NCBI GenBank assembly: GCA_036555745.1
Contig: DATBKV010000138.1
Location: 14,853 to 78,852 of the forward strand
DNA length: 64,000 bases
Direction: 5' to 3'
Origin: Xanthobacteraceae bacterium
GTDB lineage: Bacteria > Pseudomonadota > Alphaproteobacteria > Rhizobiales > Xanthobacteraceae
This document shows, in pieces, positions 9,809 through 19,549 of the stretch (the first letter of the stretch is position 1; each line of letters begins with the position of its first letter). Under the pieces are notes generated by a model. That model made no database searches, had not been told where the DNA came from, and saw only the letters and a list, made by a program, of their open reading frames with translations. A program made the position numbers and the translations under genes.

Positions 9809-11611
9809 CTATACATCCACCTTGAGCGCGGCGATGAAGGCCTCCTGCGGGATCTCGACCTTGCCGAATTGGCGCATGCGCTTCTTGCCTTCCTTCTGCT
9901 TCTCCAGGAGCTTGCGCTTGCGCGTGACGTCGCCGCCGTAGCATTTGGCGGTGACATCCTTGCGGAAGGCGCGCACGGTCTCGCGCGCGATGATCTTGCC
10001 GCCGATCGCGGCCTGGATCGGCACCTGGAACATGTGCGGGGGGATGAGCTCCTTGAGCTTTTCCACCATGGCGCGGCCGCGGCTCTCGGCGCGGGTGCGA
10101 TGCACCAGCATGGCCAGCGCGTCGACCGGGTCGCCGTTGACCAGGATCTGCATCTTCACCAGATCCGCCGGCTTGAAGTCGGTGAGGTGATAGTCGAACG
10201 AAGCATAGCCTTTCGATACCGATTTCAGCCGGTCGTAGAAATCGAATACCACCTCGTTGAGGGGCAGGTCGTACTTCACCATGGCGCGGTTGCCGACATA
10301 GGTGAGCTCGACCTGCGTGCCGCGCCGGTCCTGGCAGAGCTTCAGCACGCTGCCGAGATACTCATCGGGCGTGAGGATGGTCGCGCGAATCCAGGGCTCC
10401 TGCATCTCCTCGACATGGACCGGATCCGGCATGTCGACCGGATTGTGGATCTCGAGCGCTTTCCCGTTGGTCAGCACGATCTTGTAGATCACCGATGGGG
10501 CGGTCGCGATCAGGTCGAGATTGAACTCGCGCTGCAGCCGCTCCTGGATGATCTCGAGGTGCAGCAGCCCCAGGAAGCCGCAGCGGAAGCCGAAGCCGAG
10601 GGCGGCCGAGGTTTCCATCTCGTAGCTGAAGCTCGCGTCGTTGAGCCTGAGCTTGCCCATCGCCGCGCGCAGGTCCTCGAATTGCGCGGCGTCGACCGGG
10701 AACAAGCCGCAGAACACGACCGGGATGGCGGGACGAAAGCCGGGCAGCGGCTCGCGCACCGGCTTCCTGTCGTCGGTGATGGTGTCGCCGACGCGGGTGT
10801 CGGCCACCTGCTTGATCGAGGCGGTGAGAAAGCCGATCTCGCCGGGCCCGAGCTCCTCGACATTGACCAGCTTCGGGGTGAACACCCCGACGCGGTCGAC
10901 CTCGTAGGCGGCGCCGGTGCCCATCAGCCGGATGCGCTGGCCTTTGCGGAGCGCGCCGTCGACGACCCGCAGCAGCACCACGACGCCGAGATAGCTGTCG
11001 TACCAGCTGTCGACCAGCAGCGCCTTGAGCGTCCCATCGCGGTCGCCCTTGGGCGGCGGCAGCCGCGTGACGATGGCTTCCAGCACCTCGGGAACGTTGA
11101 AGCCGGTCTTGGCCGAGATCAGGATCGCGTTGGAGGCGTCGAGCCCGATCACGTCCTCGATCTGCTGCTTGACCTTGTCCGGCTCGGCGGCCGGCAGGTC
11201 GACCTTGTTGAGGACCGGCACCACCTCGTGATTGTTGTCGATCGCCTGATAGACGTTGGCGAGCGTCTGCGCTTCGACGCCCTGCGAGGCGTCGACTACC
11301 AGCAGCGAGCCTTCGCAAGCGGCCAGCGAGCGGTTGACCTCGTAGGCAAAATCGACGTGGCCGGGCGTGTCGATCAGGTTGAGGACATAGTCCCTGCCGT
11401 CGCGCGCGCGGTAATTGAGCCGCACGGTTTGCGCCTTGATGGTGATCCCGCGCTCGCGCTCGATGTCCATGGAGTCGAGCACCTGCTCCACCATCTCGCG
11501 CTCGGCGAGACCGCCGGTGGCCTGGATCAGCCGGTCGGCCAAGGTCGACTTGCCGTGGTCGATATGGGCGATGATGGCGAAGTTGCGGATGTTGTCGATG
11601 GCCGCATTCAT
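9809..11611 (-). CDS. lepA: Translation elongation factor 4
   Basis: [29 protein letters not shown] and NKVD GTPase motifs. Full LepA-specific C-terminus ...[22 protein letters not shown]. The ORF is open to 11647; the start is taken at MNAAIDN. Confidence 0.95.
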   Translation of the reverse strand: MNAAIDNIRNFAIIAHIDHGKSTLADRLIQATGGLAEREMVEQVLDSMDIERERGITIKAQTVRLNYRARDGRDYVLNLIDTPGHVDFAYEVNRSLAACEGSLLVVDASQGVEAQTLANVYQAIDNNHEVVPVLNKVDLPAAEPDKVKQQIEDVIGLDASNAILISAKTGFNVPEVLEAIVTRLPPPKGDRDGTLKALLVDSWYDSYLGVVVLLRVVDGALRKGQRIRLMGTGAAYEVDRVGVFTPKLVNVEELGPGEIGFLTASIKQVADTRVGDTITDDRKPVREPLPGFRPAIPVVFCGLFPVDAAQFEDLRAAMGKLRLNDASFSYEMETSAALGFGFRCGFLGLLHLEIIQERLQREFNLDLIATAPSVIYKIVLTNGKALEIHNPVDMPDPVHVEEMQEPWIRATILTPDEYLGSVLKLCQDRRGTQVELTYVGNRAMVKYDLPLNEVVFDFYDRLKSVSKGYASFDYHLTDFKPADLVKMQILVNGDPVDALAMLVHRTRAESRGRAMVEKLKELIPPHMFQVPIQAAIGGKIIARETVRAFRKDVTAKCYGGDVTRKRKLLEKQKEGKKRMRQFGKVEIPQEAFIAALKVDV

Positions 11612-11693
11612 GGCGCGCGCATTAGCATTCGCGTCCGCAAGCAGCAAGCGTATCCGGCTCCCGGCTCGCCCTGGCCAGCGGGAACCGCGTCAT

Positions 11694-12485
11694 TCACTCC
11701 GCCGCCTGCCGGTGCTCGGCAAGGAACGGCTCGAGCGCGACCGGCTCGCCGGCGCGCGCAATGATGACGTGACCGGGCGGCACCGGCCGCCAGTCCGCGC
11801 GTTGGCCGTCGAGCGGCTCCGACACCACGATCACATTGCCGCCGGACTCGCGGAAGTAGAGCGTGTTGGCGTTGTCATTGGCGGAGTAGCGAAACGCGTA
11901 GAGGTCGCGGCCGTTGGCGAGTGCGGCGGTGAAGCGCAGCGGCTCGCGATATCCGTCGCTGCTGACCATGGCGGCGATGGTTGCGAGCACGCGCGAGGTC
12001 GCGCCGATCGGATCCTTGTCGCCGCCGGCGCCCAGGATGGCGAGGAACACCGCCTCCGAATCGGTGGTGCCCACGCGCGAGCCATAGACGTCGTCGGGGA
12101 TCAGCGCTTCGACTTTGCGGCGCAGTCGCGACCAGTTACCGATCATGCCATTGTGCATGAACAGCCAGCGGCCGCAGGCGAAAGGATGGCAGTTCGGGCG
12201 CGTAATCGGCGTGCCGGTGGAGGCGCGCACGTGGGCGAAATAGAGATGCGAGCGGATATGGCGGCAAAGGTAGCGCAGGTTCTCGTCCGACCAGGCCGGG
12301 CGGATCTCGCGGTAGAGGCCGGGCTCGGCATGCTGGCCGTACCAGCCCATCCCGAACCCGTCGCCGTTTGTGGCGGCCGTTGATTCCAGTGCCCGCTGGC
12401 TCTGCACCACCAGCGAGTGGGCAGGGGCGGTCACGTATTCTTCCAGCGGGATGGTCTCGCCGCGATAGGCAATCCAGCGGCACAT
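11694..12485 (-). CDS. Class II (Ntn) glutamine amidotransferase, YafJ/EgtC-like
   Basis: N-terminal MCRWIAY (catalytic Cys2), then [10 protein letters not shown]...HVRASTG...NCHPF. Confidence 0.8.
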   Translation of the reverse strand: MCRWIAYRGETIPLEEYVTAPAHSLVVQSQRALESTAATNGDGFGMGWYGQHAEPGLYREIRPAWSDENLRYLCRHIRSHLYFAHVRASTGTPITRPNCHPFACGRWLFMHNGMIGNWSRLRRKVEALIPDDVYGSRVGTTDSEAVFLAILGAGGDKDPIGATSRVLATIAAMVSSDGYREPLRFTAALANGRDLYAFRYSANDNANTLYFRESGGNVIVVSEPLDGQRADWRPVPPGHVIIARAGEPVALEPFLAEHRQAAE

Positions 12486-12629
12486 GGGCTGCTCCGAAGC
12501 CAGGGCCCCCGAGCATCGCTTGCCGATGCGGCAAAGCCATGGCGGCGGCCCTGTTGCATGCCTTGATATGGACCTCCCCGGCGCCTCATGCCATAGCCTG
12601 CCGGCCGGGCGGGGGGCCGCCGGGCAGGG

Positions 12630-14264
12630 GTGCGTTCAATGTCGGCCACGACCGATACCGGCCGCCGCGGCGGCGCGCTCATCGAGCGGCTGCTGGCCGC
12701 CCTCGTCGATCCGGCCCGGCGCGAGCGCGCGGTCTGCGCCTTGCTCCTCGCCTATGTGGCGCTGTGGACGCTGTACGGGACCCTCGCCAAAGCCAGCCAG
12801 GACATCCACGCCGATATGTCGGAGCAGTTCACGCTCGCGCGCGAGCTGGCGCTCGGCTATCCCAAGCATCCGCCGCTCGCAATGGCGCTGGTGCGGGCGT
12901 GGTTTGCCGTCTTCCCGGCCGCCGACTGGGCCTATTACCTGCTCGCGATGGCCAATGTCGGCGTCGCGCTGTGGATCGTGTGGCGGCTGTCCGCGCGCTA
13001 TCTCGACGGCGAGAAGCGCGTGCTCGGGCTTGCGCTTCTCACCCTGGTGCCGTTCTTCAACTTTCACGCCCTCAAGTTCAACGTCAACACGGTGCTGCTG
13101 CCGCTATGGGCGGCGACCACGCTGTGGTTTCTGCGCTCGTTCGAGAGCCGACGCGCCATCGATGCTGCGCTCGCCGGGCTTTTCGCCGCGGCGGCCATGT
13201 ACGGCAAATACTGGTCGATCTTCCTGCTGCTCGGCCTCGGCATCGCCGCGCTCGCGGACTCCCGGCGCGCCGCCTATTTTCGCTCGGCGGCCCCATGGGT
13301 GACGATTGCGGTCGGCGCGCTGGCGCTTGCTCCGCACGGCGTCTGGCTGATCCGCCACGATTTCTTGCCGTTCTCCTACGCGGTCGCGGTGCATGGCGAG
13401 GCCTCGCTCGCCGCCGCCCTGCGCGCCGCGCTCGGCTATCTCGCCGGCAGCATCGCCTATGTCGGGGTGCCGCTCCTCGTCGTGCTGTTCGCGGCCCGTC
13501 CCGGTCGCGCCGCGCTCAGGGACATGGCCTGGCCCGCCACCGCGCAGCGCCGCTTGGCAGCGCTGGCGTTCTGGGCGGTGCTGCTGGTGCCGGCATTGGT
13601 GGCGCCGCTTGCCCGGTTTCAATTGGTGTCGCTCTGGTCGATGTCGGCATGGACGCTGTTGCCGGTGATGCTGCTGTCGTCACCGCTCGTCAGCCTGGGC
13701 CGCCGCGATGCCATCGGCATCCTCACACTCGCAACCGTGTTCCCGTGCGTCATGGCCGCGCTGGCGCCGGCGATTGCGTTCGCGATCCATCGCGCCGGGC
13801 CGGAGCCGGGCACGGCCCATGCCTCGCTGCTGGCGGCACCGGTCGAGCGGCTGTGGCGCGAAACCAGCGACCGGCCGTTGCGACTGTTCGGCGGCTTCGA
13901 GGAATTGGCCGACGGCGTCCCGTTCTACCTGCCGAGCCGTCCGCTGGCCGCCCACGTGCTCGATGCGACCGCATCGCAGGCGATGGAGGCGCGCATCGGC
14001 CGCGACGGCATTGTACTCGTCTGCCCGCTGCGGCCGGGAGACGGAGCGAGCGCGGCATGCGTGCGCGCCGCCATCGCGCGAGCGCGCTGCTCGATGCCGG
14101 GCGCGCAGGTCGAAGTCGAGTTGTCCCGTCGCTATCTCGGCGTGCGGGGCGACCCGGCGCGCTATCTGATCGTCACCATTCCGCCGATGCAGGCGGATAA
14201 GCTGCCGGACCTGCGCGACCTGGTTGCCGACCGCGTGCCCCGGCGGCTCAAAGCGGCGGAGTAA
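12630..14264 (+). CDS. Family 39 glycosyltransferase (ArnT/PMT-like, polyprenyl-phosphate dependent)
   Basis: 544 aa with about 10 TM helices in the N-terminal two thirds (..DMSEQFTLARELALGYPKHPPL..) and a soluble C-domain. Its 3' end overlaps the convergent gene by 17 nt. Confidence 0.75.
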   Translation: MRSMSATTDTGRRGGALIERLLAALVDPARRERAVCALLLAYVALWTLYGTLAKASQDIHADMSEQFTLARELALGYPKHPPLAMALVRAWFAVFPAADWAYYLLAMANVGVALWIVWRLSARYLDGEKRVLGLALLTLVPFFNFHALKFNVNTVLLPLWAATTLWFLRSFESRRAIDAALAGLFAAAAMYGKYWSIFLLLGLGIAALADSRRAAYFRSAAPWVTIAVGALALAPHGVWLIRHDFLPFSYAVAVHGEASLAAALRAALGYLAGSIAYVGVPLLVVLFAARPGRAALRDMAWPATAQRRLAALAFWAVLLVPALVAPLARFQLVSLWSMSAWTLLPVMLLSSPLVSLGRRDAIGILTLATVFPCVMAALAPAIAFAIHRAGPEPGTAHASLLAAPVERLWRETSDRPLRLFGGFEELADGVPFYLPSRPLAAHVLDATASQAMEARIGRDGIVLVCPLRPGDGASAACVRAAIARARCSMPGAQVEVELSRRYLGVRGDPARYLIVTIPPMQADKLPDLRDLVADRVPRRLKAAE

Positions 14265-15738
14265 GCGTGGCCTTCATCAGGCTGAGCAGGTTCTGCAGTG
14301 CGCTCCGCCGGTTCGTCAGATCGCGCTCGAATGCGGCGTAGGAGCGATCGAGCCGCTCCAATTCGGCGCGTTTCCGCCCTTCGTCGAGAAAGGAATAGGT
14401 CAGCGCGTTGTGCGCGAACGCCTTGAGCGTGCGGTAGCTCAAGGCGTAATCGCGGGCGGCGCGGAAATACTCGTTGCTCAGGTTGATGCGCGATATGCCG
14501 GCATCGTCGGTCGAGAGCACGACCGGCACGCCAGCGGCGAGGTAGCGCGGCAGCGGATGATCCTTGCCGCGCACCCCGAGGACGACGTCGTTGCTGGTGA
14601 GATTGATCTCGACCGCGACCGGCCGCCCGCGCATTTCGGCGAGCAGACCCTCCATGTCGTCCTCGAAGGCGAGCGCGACGCCATGGCCGATCCGGCGCGC
14701 ATGGGCGATCTCGACCGCTTGCCGGATGTGAAAGGCAAGATCGGAAGGAGGGACCAGGCCGAGCCAGAGCTCGCCCGCGTGCAGCGTGACCGGCACGTCC
14801 TTGGCCAGGAAGCCGATGATCTCCATCTGCCGGGTATAGTCGCGGCGCGCGACCAGGTAGTCCTCCGGCTGAACCAGATTAAGTGCCACCACGTTCGGCT
14901 CGGTGCGCGCCAGCGCGGCGGCGATGGCAGTTTGGACGAATACGTCATCGGGCGGATTGTTGCGCAGCACTTGCGCGATGTAGCGAAAGGTGACCCCGCA
15001 GCCCGGCTGCTTGCCGCCCGCATCGCATGCCAGTTTGCGCGCGATTTCGCCGATCGCGGCGGCGAGCTCCTTGCGTTTTGCCGTGACGCAATCCTCGAGG
15101 CCGCTCGCCTGCAGCGCCGCGAGCCGCGCCGCGTCGTCCTTCTGCCCGGCGACCGCCTTGACGAACTTTTCGCGATCGCTCGAACATGAGAACGACGTCA
15201 TGAACTCGGCATATTGTACATTCTCGCTGTCGTAGTGCCTGAGCTGGTCGACGGTCATGTCGACGAAATGCGCGCCGGATGCAGCGCCGAATTTCTCGAA
15301 CGCCGCGAAGAACTGATCGTGGCCGGTCGGCTCGGCGGCGGAGCGCAGGAATGCCCGGATCGAGAACGCGTCGACCAGGCGGTCATACAGCTTCTGATCG
15401 CGCAATGCGTCGGCAACGGAGACGTCCGCGGGCGGATCGCAGTGCGGCTTCGCCACCAGGACATCGGCCAAGCTCGCGCACATTTCCCCCTGTGCCTGCT
15501 TTTCCGCGGCCCAGCCGACGAAGCGTTCGGCATAGACCGCGCCCGACAAATGGGTGTGGAGGTCGCCGCCCTTCGGCATGCGCTGCAGGAAGGCGCGCAG
15601 GTCGGTATGGTTGCCGCGCGCCGCCTCGAACGCGTCGGCAGCGGCGATGCTGTCGAAATCGCGCGCGACGAGGGCCAGGCGTGCGCCAATGATGAGCGCG
15701 ACGACGACGACGGCAGCAACGACGATCCGGCCTCGCAA
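14248..15738 (-). CDS. Adenosine/AMP deaminase-fold protein (ADGF/ADA2-like) with an N-terminal signal/anchor
   Basis: MRGRIVVAAVVVVALIIGARLALVA is an anchor or signal. Metal and catalytic motifs GGDLHTHLSG, VTLHAGE and LSTDDAGI are present. Confidence 0.8.
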   Translation of the reverse strand: MRGRIVVAAVVVVALIIGARLALVARDFDSIAAADAFEAARGNHTDLRAFLQRMPKGGDLHTHLSGAVYAERFVGWAAEKQAQGEMCASLADVLVAKPHCDPPADVSVADALRDQKLYDRLVDAFSIRAFLRSAAEPTGHDQFFAAFEKFGAASGAHFVDMTVDQLRHYDSENVQYAEFMTSFSCSSDREKFVKAVAGQKDDAARLAALQASGLEDCVTAKRKELAAAIGEIARKLACDAGGKQPGCGVTFRYIAQVLRNNPPDDVFVQTAIAAALARTEPNVVALNLVQPEDYLVARRDYTRQMEIIGFLAKDVPVTLHAGELWLGLVPPSDLAFHIRQAVEIAHARRIGHGVALAFEDDMEGLLAEMRGRPVAVEINLTSNDVVLGVRGKDHPLPRYLAAGVPVVLSTDDAGISRINLSNEYFRAARDYALSYRTLKAFAHNALTYSFLDEGRKRAELERLDRSYAAFERDLTNRRSALQNLLSLMKATLTPPL

Positions 15739-15800
15739 GTCGTGCTCCCGGCCGCTTGACGACCGCGTCTAGCGCTCAGCGCGAATGGCGCGCGCCATCC

Positions 15801-17243
15801 TCAATACCGGTAGTGGTCCGATTTGTAAGGGCCGTTCGCCGGCACGCCGATATAGGCCGCCTGCCGGTCCGACATCTCGGTGAGCTTGACGCCGATCTTG
15901 CCGAGATGAAGCCGCGCCACCTTCTCGTCGAGCTGCTTGGGCAGCGTATAGACCTTCTTTTCGTATTTGCCCGGATTGGCCCACAGCTCGATCTGCGCCA
16001 GCGTCTGATTGGTGAACGAGGACGACATGACGAAGCTCGGATGACCCATGGCATTGCCGAGGTTCACCAGGCGCCCCTCGGAGAGCAGAATGATCCGCTT
16101 GCCGTCCGGGAACTCGATCTCGTCGACCTGCGGCTTGACATTGTGCCATTTGAAATTGCGCAGCGCGGCGACCTGGATCTCACTGTCGAAATGCCCGATA
16201 TTGGCGACGATCGCGCGATCCTTCATCTTGCGCATGTGGTCGATGGTGATGACGTCGATGTTGCCAGTGGCGGTGACGAAGATGTCTGCGCGCGGCGCCG
16301 CGTCCTCCATTGTGGTGACCTCGTAGCCTTCCATCGCCGCCTGCAGCGCGCAGATCGGATCGACCTCGGATACCATCACCCGGCAGCCGGCCTGCCGCAG
16401 CGAGGCGGCCGAGCCTTTGCCGACGTCGCCGAACCCCGCCACCATGGCGACCTTGCCGGCCATCATCACGTCGGTGCCGCGGCGGATGCCGTCCACCAGC
16501 GATTCGCGGCAGCCGTAGAGGTTGTCGAACTTCGACTTGGTCACGCTGTCATTGACGTTGATCGCCGGCCACAGCAGCGTACCCTTCTTCTGCATGTCAT
16601 AGAGCCGATGCACGCCGGTGGTGGTCTCCTCGGTCACGCCGCGAATAGCCTCGGCGTTCTTCTTGTACCAGCCGGGCCTATCATGCAGGCGCTGCTTGAT
16701 CGCCGCGAACAGGACTTCCTCTTCCTCATTCGCGGGCTTGCTGATCAGGCCGGTTTCTCCCTGCTCGGCGCGCAGGCCGAGATGGATCAAGAGCGTGGCG
16801 TCGCCGCCATCGTCGAGGATCAGGTTGGGCGTGCCGCCGCCGGCCCACTCGAAGATGCGATGCTGATAATCCCAGTAGTCCTTCAGCGTCTCGCCCTTGA
16901 TTGCGAAGACCGGGGTGCCGGCGGCTGCGACCGCGGCGGCGGCGTGGTCCTGGGTCGAATAGATATTGCACGAGGCCCAGCGCACGTCGGCGCCGAGCGC
17001 CTTGAGCGTCTCGATCAGCACCGCGGTCTGGATGGTCATATGGAGCGAGCCGGCGATGCGGGCGCCGCGCAGCGGCTGCTCGGGACCGTATTCCTCGCGC
17101 GTCGCCATCAGGCCCGGCATCTCGGTCTCGGCGATGGCGATCTCCTTGCGGCCCCAGTCCGCCAGACCGATGTCCTTGATGGCGTAGTCGGCTGCCGGTT
17201 TGGCGGAGGCAGCACTCTTGGCGGCTTTCGGCGCAGCTGTCAT
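15801..17243 (-). CDS. ahcY: Adenosylhomocysteinase
   Basis: [28 protein letters not shown]...[15 protein letters not shown]...[13 protein letters not shown]...YRY*. Full length, 480 aa. Confidence 0.95.
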   Translation of the reverse strand: MTAAPKAAKSAASAKPAADYAIKDIGLADWGRKEIAIAETEMPGLMATREEYGPEQPLRGARIAGSLHMTIQTAVLIETLKALGADVRWASCNIYSTQDHAAAAVAAAGTPVFAIKGETLKDYWDYQHRIFEWAGGGTPNLILDDGGDATLLIHLGLRAEQGETGLISKPANEEEEVLFAAIKQRLHDRPGWYKKNAEAIRGVTEETTTGVHRLYDMQKKGTLLWPAINVNDSVTKSKFDNLYGCRESLVDGIRRGTDVMMAGKVAMVAGFGDVGKGSAASLRQAGCRVMVSEVDPICALQAAMEGYEVTTMEDAAPRADIFVTATGNIDVITIDHMRKMKDRAIVANIGHFDSEIQVAALRNFKWHNVKPQVDEIEFPDGKRIILLSEGRLVNLGNAMGHPSFVMSSSFTNQTLAQIELWANPGKYEKKVYTLPKQLDEKVARLHLGKIGVKLTEMSDRQAAYIGVPANGPYKSDHYRY

Positions 17244-17336
17244 GACGTTCCTTGAATAACTGGGATGGCGGGCGCGGGCCGGCCGGCACGCGGCTCGGCG
17301 GCGGTGGCTATAGCAGGGCCGCCTCCCGCCTGCAAC

Positions 17337-17364
17337 GAAGATATAAAGATTCCTTTATGTCTTC
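17337..17364. promoter_or_regulatory. 28-bp AT-rich near-perfect palindrome in the ahcY/udgX divergent region (candidate operator)
   Basis: GAAGATATAAAG-ATTC-CTTTATGTCTTC has one mismatch, with a perfect core ATAAAG-N4-CTTTAT at 17343-17358. It stands out in GC-rich surroundings. Confidence 0.4.
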
Positions 17365-17432
17365 GCGGCCGCGAACTGCGGGGGCCCATGCGCGTTGATC
17401 CCGCGCGGCTGCCCGCCATTTGGGAATCTCCG

Positions 17433-18074
17433 ATGCCTGACCAGGGCCAGCTCGAGCTCGAAATTTCCTCGGCGATCAAGTCGCTGCGCGAGCTCGCCGC
17501 GGCCGAGAACGCGTGCCGGCGGTGCCCGCTGTACAAAGATGCGACGCAGGCGGTCCCCGGCGAAGGACGCAAGAGCGCGCATCTCATGCTGGTCGGCGAG
17601 CAGCCGGGCGACAAGGAAGATCTCAGCGGCAAGCCCTTCGTCGGCCCCGCCGGCCGGGTGCTCGACCGTGCGCTGGAGCAGGCGGGAATTCCGCGCACCG
17701 AAGTGTTCGTCACCAATGCGGTGAAGCACTTCAAGCACGAGATGCGCGGCAAGCGGCGCCTGCACAAGCGTCCGAACGCCTACGAGATCGAGCGCTGCAA
17801 GATCTGGCTCGATCTCGAGCAACAGATCGTGCGGCCGGCGGCGGTCGTGGCGCTCGGCGCCACCGCCGCCCGCAGCCTGTTCGGCCGCCCGGTCACCATC
17901 AGCAGGCTGCGCGGGAGCGTCCTGCATCTGCCCGACGGCACGGCCGCCTTCGTCACCATCCATCCGTCATACCTGCTGCGCATCGAGGACGAAGGCGACA
18001 AGCGGCGTGAATATGATCAGTTCGTCGCCGATTTGCGACCGGCCGCGCGCATCCTGGCAACGCGCGCGGCCTGA
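17433..18074 (+). CDS. udgX: UdgX-type uracil-DNA binding protein (UDG superfamily, family-4 related)
   Basis: CRRCPLY (Fe-S Cys), motif A VGEQPGDKED, the diagnostic loop GKRRLHKRP (KRRIH in the founding UdgX), and motif B HPSYLLR. The ORF is open from 17265; the start is taken at MPDQGQ. Confidence 0.8.
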   Translation: MPDQGQLELEISSAIKSLRELAAAENACRRCPLYKDATQAVPGEGRKSAHLMLVGEQPGDKEDLSGKPFVGPAGRVLDRALEQAGIPRTEVFVTNAVKHFKHEMRGKRRLHKRPNAYEIERCKIWLDLEQQIVRPAAVVALGATAARSLFGRPVTISRLRGSVLHLPDGTAAFVTIHPSYLLRIEDEGDKRREYDQFVADLRPAARILATRAA

Positions 18075-18143
18075 TTGCCGCGAGTGGCGGGATGGAGCTG
18101 CGCCGGTGCACCGGCAATCCACGGCGTTAGCTGCCGGGCGGCG

Positions 18144-18473
18144 CTATTCGTCTTCGGTAAACCGCCCGCACACGAGCGCCGCCAGCGCTTCGATCACCTC
18201 GGCCGCCTGCGGTCCGCTGGCTTCGACGGTGATGGTGGTGCCGGGTCCGGCGCCCAGCATCATCAACCCCATGATCGAGGTGCCGCCGACGGTCTCGCTG
18301 CCGCGCTTCACCTTCACCTCGGCATCGAACTTTTCGACCGTCTGCACGAACTTGGCCGAGGCGCGCGCGTGCAGGCCCTTCTTGTTGCAGATTTCGAGCA
18401 CGCGGACGAGCGGCGCGGCGCGCGGAGAACGGTCGCCGGGGGAGGAGGCGTGCACGCCCGGAGGCCCGCTCAT
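18144..18473 (-). CDS. ptsH: HPr-family phosphocarrier protein (NPr/HPr)
   Basis: ICNKKGLHARASAKFV is the His15-type active site; GTSIMGLMMLGAGPG is also present. ATGA start/stop overlap with the upstream EIIA gene. Confidence 0.85.
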   Translation of the reverse strand: MSGPPGVHASSPGDRSPRAAPLVRVLEICNKKGLHARASAKFVQTVEKFDAEVKVKRGSETVGGTSIMGLMMLGAGPGTTITVEASGPQAAEVIEALAALVCGRFTEDE

Positions 18474-18871
18474 TTGCCGGAGAGCACGCGGCTGGCAATG
18501 GTGATGTACTTGCGGCCGGAGTCCTGAGCCGCCGCGACCGCTTCGGTGAGCGGAGACTCGCCCCGCACCTTGGCGAGCTTGACCAGCATGGGAAGGTTGA
18601 TGCCGGCGAGGACTTCGACCTTGGGCCGCCCCATTACCGAGATCGCCAGATTGGACGGCGTGCCACCGAACATGTCGGTGAGGATCGCCACCCCTTCGCC
18701 GCTGTCCACCCGCTTGACCGCCTCGATGATGTCCTTGCGGCGCTGCTCGACGTCGTCGTCAGGTCCGATGGTCACTGCTTCAATCTGCTTTTGCGGGCCG
18801 ACCACGTGCTCCAGCGCCGAGCGGAACTCGGCGGCCAGTCGCCCGTGGGTGACGAGTACGAGACCGATCAT
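18470..18871 (-). CDS. PTS EIIA component, mannose family
   Basis: MIGLVLVTHGRLAAEF (His10-type site), ...LTDMFGGTPSN. Confidence 0.85.
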   Translation of the reverse strand: MIGLVLVTHGRLAAEFRSALEHVVGPQKQIEAVTIGPDDDVEQRRKDIIEAVKRVDSGEGVAILTDMFGGTPSNLAISVMGRPKVEVLAGINLPMLVKLAKVRGESPLTEAVAAAQDSGRKYITIASRVLSGK

Positions 18872-19096
18872 CGTGCCCCCCGCCGGCAGATCCCGGTTGC
18901 ACCGCACGAAAGCGGGCCCATCATGACCATCCGAAGCCCGTACGCAAGGGCCTTTCCGGCGAATAGGCAGCCATGTTGCATTGCGGTAAAGAGCGCCATT
19001 TCGACGCGGCTCGGGCCGGGATTCGGGTGCGGGAGGCTACCGGCCGCCGCTTAATTTTGTGCCAGGGCGGCCGGGCGCAAGGATCATGACGGAGGT

Positions 19097-19549
19097 TTAA
19101 TGCGGGCCCTTCGGCCAGCGCAGCGCGGCAACCACCGCGGGCAGCGGCGCGCTCCCGACCGCCAGCGCAAGGCGCGGCAGCCGCACCCCCGCGATCGTCG
19201 TTTCGCTGTCCGCTGGCAGGCGCTCCGCGTCTTCGGCGGCGAGATCGACGACCAGACCGACCACCGCCAGTGGCTCGTAGGCGAGTTGCCGAATGCCGAG
19301 CCCACGCACTTCGATCAGCCCTGCAAGCGCCGGCGCCGGCCGCGCCAGCAGCCGCCCGTGATGCGCCTCCAGGTGAACGCGGTCATCGCCCACGAGGCGG
19401 GCGAACCGCAGCAGCCCGGTCTCGGCGGCCATGATCAGCGCGAGCGCAAGTTGCGACTTGCCGCTACCGGGTCTGCCGCGGATCAACACGGCGCGGGCGC
19501 CGGCCAGCACGGCCGAGGCGTGCGCGGTCGCAGCTTCGGCGGCCATCAC
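19097..19549 (-). CDS. hprK: Truncated HPr kinase/phosphorylase (C-terminal kinase domain only, alphaproteobacterial type)
   Basis: Walker A GRPGSGKSQLALAL and LIEVRGLGI. Only 150 aa. Its start overlaps the chvG stop (ATGA). Confidence 0.8.
   Translation of the reverse strand: MMAAEAATAHASAVLAGARAVLIRGRPGSGKSQLALALIMAAETGLLRFARLVGDDRVHLEAHHGRLLARPAPALAGLIEVRGLGIRQLAYEPLAVVGLVVDLAAEDAERLPADSETTIAGVRLPRLALAVGSAPLPAVVAALRWPKGPH

Noticed and set aside
9869-11764. 631-aa ORF on the plus strand
   Set aside because: It lies exactly antisense to lepA, whose GTPase motifs are unambiguous. The product is Arg/Ala/Gly/Asp/His-rich low-complexity sequence typical of shadow ORFs in high-GC DNA.
12368-14200. 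610-aa plus-strand ORF overlapping the GT39 gene in another frame
   Set aside because: The product is Arg/Ala/Pro/Gly-rich with no TM helices. The 12630..14264 frame gives a coherent polytopic GT39 protein.
17244-17432. SAH riboswitch upstream of ahcY
   Set aside because: I looked for the conserved SAH-riboswitch blocks (AGGCUCGG and CGGCGCUC-type segments, as recalled) on the ahcY-sense strand and did not see them. An Rfam/Infernal scan would be needed to be definitive.
18073-18119. Inverted repeat GATTGCCG...CGGCAATC (with inner CCGGTGCACCGG) between udgX and ptsH as a terminator
   Set aside because: The stem is only 8 bp with a ~31-nt loop and no U-tract on either strand. It is too weak to call.
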